Shown here piece after piece: positions 53,072 through 64,000 of a stretch of 64,000 bases of DNA. Within the stretch, counting starts at the first letter, position 1; each line of letters begins with the position of its first letter. Under the pieces are notes generated by a model. That model had not been told where the DNA came from. It worked only from the letters and a program-made list of their open reading frames with translations, and searched no databases. The DNA lies in contig NMRA01000522.1 of assembly GCA_002633005.1 (NCBI GenBank), positions 136,270-200,269 on the forward strand. The letters are read 5' to 3'. Both the position numbers and the translations under genes were made by a program. Source of the stretch: Phoronis australis. Lineage: Eukaryota > Animalia > Phoronida.

Positions 53072-55046
53072 ATTGGAGTTGCAACCTAATCGATTTAACG
53101 ATTGTGCATGTCTGGAAATTAGGGTGCACAAAGGCTATTGGGATTGATTGGGGTATGTCGAATGGCTGATTGGTTTGCACGACGTGTGATTTGTGTGCAT
53201 TAAACTACGCTGCTGTATGTAATACTGCCACTATTTGCCCTAATAAGCACCCATGCCCCAATAAGTGCCCCAACTAAAGTAAGTGCCCAGCCCATGAACA
53301 TGCGAAAAATGCCTTACCTACAGTTCTCACGTCTCCAATTTATTAATTGAAAGATCCGACAGTCCTGAATTTGTAGACCACGAGCCTCACCGTTATGTCC
53401 GTAAACACTTCAAACTTACGCTGCGATTCAAAAAGAACGCAAGTTTTGCTACTCTTGCGAGGGATATGCCCCATTACGTGGGTCTGGACTTTTAAAATAG
53501 ACGCAGAGTAGGCCTACTTGTCAGCGGGATTGCATTGTTTCTTTCCAGTACAGATTTTCTCCGGTCTCAACAGGAATCCAAACATTTTTTGCACACGTGA
53601 AAACCGTGAATTGAAGACTAATAAAAAAACACGACCAGTGTTATCAAGCTGCCAAGAAGTGCGCGCTGCATAATGTACCGGCTGTCATCCGGAAGACATT
53701 TAGTCGGGAACTATCTATTTATGAAACGAGTAACATAGCATCAGCAAGAAATATTGGCACTAATTTCCGAAAGATTCTAATACCGTAAAAAAGTTTTGCA
53801 TTATTTTTAAGAGAAATTATTTAACTAATCATAATTGGTGTTTTTAAAGTCAAAATGACCCACTGATAGTGAACACATTTGCACCCTTACACCACGAATC
53901 TTCCGGAAAATAGCAGTTACACTACGGTCACGCATTTACTCACCCGGCTTCTCAATGAGTAACATATCAGTCTTACCGAAACAATTCTCGAACGTTTTTT
54001 AGCAGATGAGGCCAGCAAGTGCTAAGCTAAATATTAGAACACACTCTGCTTGACTGCTTGAGTTAATTTCATTGGATACAATGCACACCTAGGTCATTAC
54101 ATCGCATCTACTCTGGTAAATGAATTCTGATGACAACCACACAAACGCTTACTCTCACACACACGCATACAAACTTCAAAACAAATGTCACGTGACAACA
54201 ACATGTGTGTTCCTCCAGAGATTTTTCTCGTATTGCAGGCTACAATTTAGCGCAGATTTGGACTTAATCTGCAGTTAATCCAGACTCCACAAGAACTTAA
54301 AAATTTTAGAGATGCTACTTGGAAAACTTGAGGAGGAGTTCAGGTAATTTGTTGAGTCGAAGCTGTATTCGTATTCAAGAATTCAAGCCCTATCGACGAT
54401 TGCGAGACCGGCAGCTACGCATTTGTCAGCGAGATTTTGCCCTGGGATTTCAGCACAATTTTCTGATGATCGTAATTTAACAACGAATTTTGATAGCAAT
54501 GCACAATTTTTTAGAAAGTAAATAATAATATTCTGCACACTTTATTTTAGCGCGTTAATGCATATAGTGCGGTGCGACCAAGAAGAGGTAACTGTGCAGA
54601 GGCATTATCCTCAAAATTTCTCGTGTTGGCTTGGTTCTGGTCAAGCAAAAACAAGTTTTTTTTCACTACCATCCGCCGTGGAGCATTTATTACTGTTTCT
54701 TTCAAGTGAAATATTGTTGGGCAGTTTCCAAGATACGTTTTGTTGCCGCCCTCAAAATGAGCGCTGCACACTTTATGCTATGAAGTCGGAAAGAATTTAC
54801 TAAGTCGGCCTTTGCTACCAGCTCTACCGAAGTGTCTGACCCATGTTTAACGCAGTTATTGATCCTTGGGAAACAGGTAGTAACTAAATTCTTTATCTCG
54901 CTAACTGGTATAGCAGCCAGGCACACAACACGTATAACCTCCCTGTGGCCAGTTCGCCCCTACGTTTGCCGAGGTATTTGTTTACCAGCTTAACCACAAT
55001 GCAACATTCTGACCCATTTCCAATATGGCGGCGTTGCAACTCCGCT
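53072..55046 (-). mobile_element. ISL2EU-like (PIF/Harbinger-related) non-autonomous element with THAP remnant
   Basis: AT|ATTGGAGTTGCAAC ... GTTGCAACTCCGCT|AT; the 2-bp TSD is confirmed by the empty site in copy 1 (~1012-1025). THAP GGYTCCVPGC..LFPKD..W..KVCSAHFEGG..CPTIF at ~54700-54945 with stops. Confidence 0.8.
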
Positions 55047-57740
55047 ATTTGTAATGCCTTGGAGTGCTCGTGAGTGCAAATGTTTTGAGAAGCCAGCAAT
55101 GAATAAACCACTGCGTTACCAGCTTTTGATGCAGGCGACAAAGGTAATTGACCGGACACCGAGGCCGTGTGAGCGCATGCTAATTCAGTGTTTGTTGACA
55201 GAAAGCTGTTGTGAAACAATTACTCGATTATATATGCTATGGTCACATGTTAGGGGAATCGTTACTTAGAAATACAAATACATTATTCAAATCATTGTTA
55301 CTGTACAACCTTTGCCCTGACGGTCTGTGGAAGGGGAACCCGACATCGCAGTACAATTTCAGTTTCATGGCTAATTCACATAAATAATTACGTGCATATT
55401 GTGATTGGAGGTTTAGTTTCGAACTCAAGCTGGTTTGTGTTCGTGCCAGTCCCGGCTGCCGCGACGGGCCTGCTCGGGTTCCGAACCACTGGCCGGGATA
55501 ACAAGCGTTTTGTGTGTTTAGAACTCAAAAAATCACAAGTCCAAACAACACAGACCTAGGTTATCCTGTCTGTATTTCACGGAAGAATACAGAACAGACT
55601 CCAAACTCCTCAGTGCTACGGACCTTGGTAAATTGGCCTGCTGAACTTTGCAGGCTACGGTATGCCCAAATACCAGTAAATCCGTAACAGAGAAATAAAA
55701 CAACACATTTTTATAAAAACTCAGTGTATTTTTAAGGGTTTTACGCCCAGACAGAGATGATGGCAATATGATCTGCTTGGTAAATACAGTGTCACAATTT
55801 TTATTTGATGACGTTGTTACGAAAAAATTATTATTATTCGTTGATGTTTACAATAGGCTGCACAGTTTCAACAAGAGAGGAAAATTCTCTGGAGGTTCCT
55901 ATGACTATAAAGAAAGCTGGTAAATAACGCTTGTGATTGCTACTTACAAGCAGTCTCCAGAAGAGGCAGGAATGTGACGGACGCTGTAATCTGACGAATT
56001 ACTGCCGAGATTTCCTTGTTGATTTCTTTACATGACTTTTCCCTCGGTTTGCTAGAAAGAGATAAATATTTCCTTATTTCCTATTTCAGCACCTCTTGCA
56101 ATCAGTTCACAGTGAAGATGCACAAATATTCTAATCTTGCATATCTTATCTGTTGATTAGTTTTAGATTGTCGGAAATTTCCAAGAAAAAACAACAATCC
56201 CATTAGTGGTGTAAATGCAGGTGTTAAATGTTATCCAATATCTGCCTCATGAGATTACACTTAACCATGCTATTTATCAGGTACATGCAAGGAATGAGAC
56301 AGTCGTAAATCAACATGTGGTAAAAGGTATTGATTTTATGACTGCTTGTTATTTCCTAATCAGAAGTACAACTGCATTTAATCAATTCTCCACATTTGAT
56401 GAACTGTACCTCAAACAGCTTGAATAAATGTTACAAAATAGAAGTAACAAAAGACCGGAAAAAGCCATTTTAATGAACTGGTACTTCACAAGGGAATACG
56501 GGAACCTGCAGTTTTGTTCAGGGCTGTGCACGTAATTATACAGTCACGAAGTGCAGGTGATGACGTGCACGTGCCATACCAAGCCCCTATTCTAAAGACA
56601 GGCAATTTTGTTTTTTAGATAATTTGTGTTTATTAATGAGGTCAACGACACGGACGAAAAAGTTGTTTTTGAAACATTTAACTTCAAGCATAATTTAACA
56701 AAACAAGGCGCTATTGGAAAATTGGGGGGGGAGGGGAGACATGGAGAATTCGCCACCTAATCATTTGCAGTGTCAACAACTAAGCCAGGAGGATCAAATT
56801 TGTGGCGGCAGATCCACTGGCAGCTCAAGGATGTCGCAAGGGAGACAACCACAACACATTTAAAGGAAGTTTGTGTAATACATAAAAATGGAATATGCCA
56901 GCAGTGTCCGTAGGGCAGTAGGGAAATCTGACTATGTCAAGGAATTTAATAACAGGAGCATGAAAAGCGAAAATAAAGGCGATGGTAAAGGAAGACAGAA
57001 ATCGACAGATTCAATTTTCTGTGCCTCCTCTCCATGGCTACTGCAAATAAAAGACGAGTTCAGAAATTGAATGTGTTCAAAGGACAATGCCACCAAAAAA
57101 ATAACGTATTTTGTATCAGTTTAGATAGAGTAGTTCCACTAGATAACAGCAAGTCTAGTTCTTTTACCCGACACCAGACAGAAGACGAAGGTTCTGAAAT
57201 TAACCAATGACGTCACAGGTTCTAATACAGTCTGCTCAGCAGTTCACAAGACGCTTACTAGTGTCAGAGAATCACTTTAATTCATCGTTTTACACCAATA
57301 AACCATCAAAATTTGATGTAACACCCTTAATAATACATTAAGTTTTTAACGTATTTATAGAAATTTTGAACGTACCGTAGCCTACAAAGTTTGGTAGGAC
57401 AAATTCACCATGGTCGGTCGCGGGAAGTTTGGAGTCTGTTCAGTGTTCAATGTAAACTAGCTTCGGTATCGCTCCGCAGTTAGTGCATATAAATATTAAG
57501 TATTATTTTATGTAAGCTATATGCTTCGTCCTCATTATCATATTGTTTGGATTGTTGGGTCAGAGACCCTCTTTGTTCTACGATTATTGGTTTAATTGTA
57601 CCACATGATTTTTTTGTCTTGTTGCAACATTGTGCCATCGTCCATAACTCTCTTCAAGTTTCGAGTTTTCAGTCAATTTGTATTTCCTCAAACCAACTTT
57701 CTAACTCAAGACTTGTGCATACCTTCATTGTACCTCCAAT

Positions 57741-59195
57741 AGCGGATTTGCAGCGCAGACGAATTACGCAATGCGCATGTGCGAGTTACTTCCTTCGCGA
57801 AGACTCATGGGATAGCTTGTGGTCAGGCATGTCTTGAGCAGGCTGGATACTGTGTGCATTTGGAGTGATTTGCAAACTAAAAACCATGTTTCATTTTTTT
57901 GCTTTATAATACCAAGCAAGTCCTTTCTCTCGTTTGTAAACACAGCGTAGCTATGATCAGTGACCGTGTGACCGAGGGCTCGTCATGTTCATCGGCGTTG
58001 ATTTCGAAATCTCCTCCGGTTTCAGACAAGTTGAGAGTTCTTGGGTTGCTTAACTTTTGTGGCTTTCGCCGTGGATATGCTAGAGACGTTAATTTTAAGA
58101 GGAAACTCCGTCCGAATGTTGTTCTCATAAGTCTTTTTTCCACCAGGAAAATGTTCGCTGCACACACGATGGCCCCTAGGCAATTACATCGCACTGGATG
58201 CCGCAGGCATTCAGGGGCGATAGTACATCCTCACAAAAAGTTACTCATTTCAAAATACAGCAAATAAAATCAAATGAACCATACATATAGGAACACGGAG
58301 TTATAATTAACACATACCACGACTTTGGATACAATTTAGTCAGCAAACTTGAACAAATCGATGAAAATCTGTCGCGGTTTGCTCGAGTTTCTCTCACGGT
58401 TACCGCGCGGGTGCCATTTTGAGGAAGTTACGTGAAATTACGCATGTTAACGAATAAAAAGTCCAAGGGACACACATCTTACAAGTTTCACCCGATACCT
58501 TCTCATGCTATTTTACAAGTGTTGCGCGCTAGCGTCATGCGCTTCGCTCAGTCTCGCGCTAACCTTTGCCTAACTCACGTGATTCATCGCGCACGCGGTG
58601 ATAAAATTAACGGCAACCAAAAAAGTGAAGTTGTAATTCTTCACCAAAGTCAACTTAATTCTCACAACTAAGCTTCATCAAAGATATGTGTAGAAGTAGA
58701 AAGGACCAATGATGAAAGTAAGTGTTTTTTAAAGTTTTAATTGTAGATTGTGACGAGGTGAAAACTCGAAATCGGTATCCCAAATCCGGTCACGGCCAGT
58801 TTAAAATACACTGAAGTAACGAAATGAATACAGAAAGCGAATGGAAGTATTGTAGCCCCTGGCCAACCGAGGGGCTACGTGTTGCCTACTCATGTAGATG
58901 GCCCCGCGTTGGTTTGAATGCGCTAAATCTCCCCTTACTCCCAGCTCTCCTAATGTTGTTTATCCATTTTTCACGAAGTTCTTGGTTTGCAGGGAACACA
59001 TAAAAACTCAGATTTTTATTTCTCATGTTGTTTTTGAAGCAGCCAGGAACACAACAAGTGTATCCGCCGTAAGTTTTCTTCGCGCTCAAACCGCGTATTA
59101 TGCTTGTTACTATGGCCGCTTTCGGAATCCTGACCACAGCTCCCACAATGCACCATATTAACCTAATTTCAATATGGCGTCGCTGCAAATCCGCT
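57741..59195 (-). mobile_element. ISL2EU-like element with split THAP remnant
   Basis: AT|AGCGGATTTGCAGCG ... CGCTGCAAATCCGCT|AT (15-bp perfect TIR). GGYTCCVPGC..FYVFP..REKWI..PTRGH continues as RVCSEHFPGGKKTY below 58170. Confidence 0.85.
58177..58896. mobile_element. Unclassified 720-bp element with 9-bp TSD and subterminal hairpins
   Basis: GATGGCCCC at 58168-58176 and 58897-58905; TAGGCAA / TTGCCTA ends; hairpins CTGGATGCC-GCA-GGCATTCAG and GTAGCCCCT-GGCCAACCG-AGGGGCTAC. Confidence 0.75.
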
Positions 59196-60335
59196 ATAGT
59201 GCTGTTTGTCTGGCAGATTGTCACCCACCTTTACAGCTCAACATATTACATAACTTTAAATTTGTAATTATCCATATCTGTAGTAGTTTAGTTTGTCATA
59301 ATATATGACCTTTCATCTCGCCCTCACGGGTTGTTTCACTGTAAACTAGCTTCAGTATCACTTAGCAGTTAGCGCACATAAATTAGAATTATTCTTCTGA
59401 AAAATAGACGGGAGAGGATAGCCGTGTGTAGTAATATTAGATTAGCAATTCTTTTCTTTTCTAAACAAAAAACACTTGTTATAACCCCGTGGCTATGAAC
59501 CCGATCAGGCCTATCACGGCCAGGCTGGAGACATTATGAACATAAACCAGCCGGGTTAGTCGGCTGCCAAACTTGAAAACTTAACTTCCAGTCAGGAAGA
59601 CTGGTAAACCAAAGACATACAGTAATGTGCACATGAATATTTTGGTGAATTCGACGCCATATTCCGCTTCCACAAAATTGTACAGGTAAAAGGTGTAAAA
59701 CAATAATAATGATTTGAATAATGTGTATGTATATCCAAATAAAGATAGTTTCACAATAGCTTTCTGTCAACAAACACTGAATTTGCATGCACTCACATGG
59801 CGGTAAATTAATTTTATTGCATCTGAAGCCTGATAATGCACTTCCACTAACAAACATTAAGACATTACAAATTTTATCTACTGAGAGACGTTGACACTTT
59901 GTTTGTTTTTTTATAAACATTGGTTATGGCAAAAACATTCATTTTGAAACATTGCCTGATAGACAGGAGATAGGAGATATTTCACGGCCTCATACATGCT
60001 ATTAACGGCATACTTTTCGTTCTTTAGTCCGGGAGCCACTTTGGAACATTTTGGGTTCTCGAGGAAATTAAAAAAAACCCTGATAGATCCGCTCTCTTTG
60101 CAGCTTCATGGTTCGGACAAGCGAAAACGATACACCACACCACAGCACCACACACTCAGCGGAAAAACCGCTGATGGCGCTGCGTCGTATACTCACCTTC
60201 CTCAAAGGTTAACCCGACACATGTCGGCGAGGTAAGGTCGACTGTATAGGAGGTGATGTGGATATACACCGATTAAGACGGTAACAAAAACTAATAAAAT
60301 CGGTCAGCATTCTCCTTTAAGCCCGCTCGAGAAAC

Positions 60336-60508
60336 TGTACACAGTAATGCCAGGTGATGTTGAGAAACTTAGTCAGAGTGAAGGACTACCTGTACACATA
60401 GTATTGCCAGGTGATATTGAGGAACTTAGTCAAAGATTGAAGAACTAATTGTAAACATAGTAATGCCAGGTGATTTTGAGCAACTTAGACAAAGATTGAA
60501 GGACTAGC
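60336..60508. repeat. ~57-bp tandem repeat x3
   Basis: GTACACATAGTAATGCCAGGTGAT..GAG.AACTTAGTCAAAGATTGAAGGACTA units. Confidence 0.85.
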
Positions 60509-60988
60509 TCTTTTAATATATCAACAAACATATGATTTTCACATGCTGAATTAGTAAGTGAGCATTGGATAGTGATCTTCAAACCGCTTCAGTTACCATG
60601 GTAACCTCATGTCCTGCCCGGTGACTGTCAATATTGCAAATCGAGCACAACTTGGAACGTGACATTGTTCACAATAATTTGAAAACTGTTTCCATAGACC
60701 CACTCCATTATGACTGTACTATCATTAAAAACCACACGTTTAACAGACTCGTTATGTGAATGCTTCAAGTAGTTTTTCACACTATGTTTCGTGACAGCAT
60801 TAAAAGTGTATGTCACACTTTTCTTAGGAAGTCATGGTCCAAAGATTGTATTACCACCCAAAATCTGCTTCTGGAGTATGGGGTTCTCTACCAAATAATT
60901 GGGTTAGCATGCTGTTTTTTTTATTGCACTCCACGTATTAATTAACCACTAAAATTACTGTGAGCTCGCCCCATCTTAAACCTCATTT

Positions 60989-62243
60989 ACAAGAGCAACG
61001 CGGAGCGTTGAAATGCACCCATGAATGCATTGGAAATGGTGTGCTTTTAGGGTTATTTATTTGTATCATAAAAATGGCCACTAGATGACGCAAAAATATA
61101 CAATCCATCCAAAAACAGGAACATGCCATATTTCATAAAAATCTGTCAAGGAACTTCAGAGAAACAAAGGAAAACAGAATTAAATGAAATTGTCACTAGT
61201 GGGCACAGTGTCCGTTGGATTCGCCTGAAAGTTTTCGTCGTCTGTTACCTTGATATAAATACACTTACTAAATTTAGTAAAGATCCTGCAGTGGGTTTAG
61301 GATATACAACTATGGGCGCAAAACAAAAGTACCACAAGGAGGCGCGACAGTAGTCAGTCACCATCATCAAAGGTTGTCTACACAGAGAACATATATGCCA
61401 ATTTTCAAATGATTTGGTTCATACAGGGGTAGACGCGTAAAACAAGATTTGAAAACAGCAAAAATGGCCACTAGAAGGTGCAAAATGCCTCGATTCCATC
61501 CAAAAACAGGAAGATAGCGTCATCACACCAATAGATGCCTATATTTAAAATTTTACAAAAATCTGTTGAGGACCTTTGAAGATATAGAGTTAAAAATAAA
61601 AAACTGCCACTAGGGGGCACAGCAGCAGTCAGATCTGTCCAAAAGTCGCCGTTATCCGTAGTCAACATCATATAAATACACTTGCTAAATTAAATAAAGA
61701 TCCTGCAAACCGTTTAGGCGATACAGCCATAGGTGCAAAAAACAAAACTGCCACTAGGAGGCGCCACAGTAATTAAAATCATCGGAAAATGATAGTCAAC
61801 AGTCTTCTTTATAGTAAACACATACATGCCAATTTTCACAATCATCTTTTGAGCAGTTTGGTTGATAGAGGTGTGGACGCAAAAAAAAACAGACTCGAAA
61901 ACAGTGAAAATGGCCACTAGGTGGCGCAAATGAATCCATCCAAAAACAGGAGGATAGCGTCATCTCACTAATAGGTGCTTTCATACCAAAGTTCATGGAA
62001 ATCTGTAACAGACTTTTGCAGATTCAGAGGTAAACGTAAAAAAAAATAAAATTGCCACTAGGGGGCACACCGGTAGTCGGATTCGTCAGAAAGTTCGCTC
62101 ATGCCGTCCCATTCATGAATGGAACATATGTGCCAAATTTCATGAACGTATGTCAAAGGGTTTTGGAGATAGAGCAGCGGACTACGGACGGACGGAGATG
62201 ACGGCATAATGCATCCACATATAAATATGTGGGTGCATAAAAA
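60989..62243 (-). mobile_element. Complete Helentron-associated (HINE/DINE-1-like) non-autonomous element
   Basis: Minus strand: T-run, 5' stem-loop ATGCACCCACAT-ATTTAT-ATGTGGATGCAT, (CCGT)n, eight ~140-bp units, 3' subTIR TGGGTGCAT, hairpin CAACGC-TCC-GCGTTG, CTCTTGT end. Confidence 0.8.
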
Positions 62244-63199
62244 CCAGAAAAACAACTTGAGGTGTTGGTGGTGTGAACGGAAGCTTATGACATCAAAAGT
62301 ACAGCACATGACAATTGGCAATGACAGCCTTAGGTGAAGTTCTTCGACAAAGAAGAATGCACATTGACTAGCCACAAATCATAAATTTTGTGAAAATTGG
62401 AGGTGGAATTAGGAGGCCAATCAAATACTACAATGACTCACTTGTCAAGCCATACCGGCTGTTACGCCAGCAACAGTACATCCAGAACCCTTCATGCAGA
62501 ACATCATTCATGAACTCCGTATACTGAGTTCACCTCTGAGGCATGGACAAAAATAGGATGTTTGTAGACATTAAAATGTTAATAAGCTAATCAATACTGG
62601 AAAGTAAAGATTTAAACAACGGTGTATCTGTTGCTACAAATGATACTCAACAGACAAGAGATCATGCTGGGGTCATAAGAAACAAGTTTTTCCATAAAAC
62701 AAGTTTGCCACTGAACAAGTTTCCGAGTAAGTACTGCAGGGATATATTTAGCCACTCGCCCAGTCGCCAATGCCAGTAAAAATGATGCTGGGAGAGTAGA
62801 AGCCAACTTTCCGGTCGCCCAGGTGTCGAGCGAATTTTCAGAGTGCAAAAGCACTCTTATCGTTTCCCGGATAAACATCAATAAATTTTTTCCTCCTTAT
62901 GCTGTTTTTATCGTGAATTTAAGGTTCAGTTTGGTCAGTGTGTCGATGCTCCGGCAGTAAAAAACATCGGCGCATTGCGCTCCTACCAATTCAGTAGATG
63001 TCACCCATTACGCGATTCGTCTAGATCATAGTGTGTGGACGTGCACAAAGGAATTTGTGGAATAGTCCGAAATGAAGAAAAAGGTGGAAATGCGGAACAC
63101 CGGTCCGTCTGCTCAGAGCAAGCGAACTACCATAATTCTTGGAACTGATTTCTTATTGTTGTAATGTACAATATCTTTTTGGCCAAAATTATTTTGTAA

Positions 63200-63360
63200 A
63201 TACCCACCCCCTACTTCAGGTGGATTTTCGATTTAACCGCCCACTGCTCAGTTAAGCGCCCCCCTGCGATTTTTGAAGATTTCAAGTTAAGCGCCCACCT
63301 CTCGGTTAAGCGCCCATCCCCGACTTTTAAAGAATGAAGATTTAGCGCCCAGTGCTAAGG
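63200..63360. repeat. TAAGCGCCC subterminal repeat cluster (DNA transposon end)
   Basis: Five (TT)AAGCGCCC-like motifs; a similar TAAG(C/T)(A/G)CCC cluster lies at 53240-53290. Confidence 0.45.
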
Positions 63361-64000
63361 AAACGAGCGATTCACCGACATTTAGAAAAAGATCGATGAT
63401 CACAATGACCACAACGACGCCGGGCCTCCTAGATGGTGGTTTAGCAATGTGAATTGCAATACAAGTAATGAGTTATTGTCTTGGGTCATGGACTCACTTC
63501 AAAATATAATACTTGAACGTTTTTGTTACTTTATTGTCTTCCCATGTTTGCAAAGTTTAAGAACGTCGCCGGCGTCAAAACCTCCGTTTTCAGCAACTTT
63601 GTCTGCCGCGCTGAGTTTCCGTCTGCAGTGCACTAGAAAAATCATATATTTGAAAAAATAAGGCCAGAGAAATGTGACAATGGTTTTGCCAACCCTCCAA
63701 ATTCTATTAAGGTGGGAAGCTCAAGTACTTTGAGGAAATCTCACAACTCACGGAAAGATGTCAAATTCTCAATATTTTGATGAATGTAACTGCCAGGTTA
63801 TAGAAGATGTGTGGCGACTGAAGGGACAGTACAAGTGCCTCAATGGGTTACCGATTTCGTTGCTGCCTATCGATTTCTGAATTCAAAGGTTGGCAATAAT
63901 GTAAGTTTGTGTATGATCTTGAGGTAATAAAAAACTGCTAGTCAAATTTTGTTTTTCGCTTATTGCATCTCAGTCAAACTGGCGTCAGCAGATACTAACG

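Larger units (their letters stand above)
52394..55745 (-). mobile_element. Kolobok-like THAP element, copy 2 (left part truncated; hosts an ISL2EU-like insertion)
   Basis: TTAA|AGGAGAATGC terminus; reverse complement of ~225-1660 once 53072-55046 is removed. Confidence 0.8.
57445..59440 (+). mobile_element. Direct-repeat element related to 38930-40230 and 41982-43330, nested in copy 3
   Basis: TGTAAACTAGCTTC..GCAGTTAG..ATAAAT at ~57451 and ~59340; shares GTCATAATATATGACCTT..TCGCC and TCGTCCTC motifs. Boundaries approximate. Confidence 0.5.
57081..60316 (+). mobile_element. Kolobok-like THAP element, copy 3 (both ends present)
   Basis: TCAA|AGGACAATGC ... GCATTCTCCT|TTAA (9/10 TIR match); decayed THAP at ~59975-60150 on the minus strand. 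Confidence 0.8.

Noticed and set aside
52394-60316. Composite 7.9-kb transposon formed by the two outward-facing Kolobok-like ends, both TTAA-flanked
   Set aside because: TTAA is an obligate target and so uninformative; the sequence after 60320 does not visibly continue the HINE cut at 51242, and the two copies are well diverged.
60336-60508. CRISPR-like array (also considered for the HINE units and 33686-33845)
   Set aside because: Whole units are repeated with no unique spacers, no cas genes, eukaryotic context.

Overview
AT-rich genomic DNA from a bilaterian invertebrate (inferred from the receptor type and transposon repertoire). Only one host gene is supported: the 3' half (ECL2 to C-tail) of an allatostatin-C/somatostatin-type class A GPCR at 21166-21897, whose 5' half falls in a 409-N assembly gap. 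The rest is a dense, nested field of decayed mobile elements. These include three copies of a TTAA-flanked THAP-bearing Kolobok-like element, two AT-flanked THAP-bearing ISL2EU-like elements nested inside two of them, an internally deleted piggyBac, a DD37D (maT) transposon, a Gypsy relic with a solo LTR inside its integrase, LINE and Penelope relics with hammerhead-like motifs, and many MITEs. The most unusual signals are (i) Helentron/DINE-1-like elements carrying co-oriented CTCF-consensus motifs every ~140 bp, with copies on both sides of the receptor gene, (ii) a four-level nest at 57-60 kb, and (iii) a conserved hairpin-like motif in tandemly repeated Penelope-like termini. All alignments were made by eye; no database search was run and superfamily names rest on termini, TSDs and remembered motifs.
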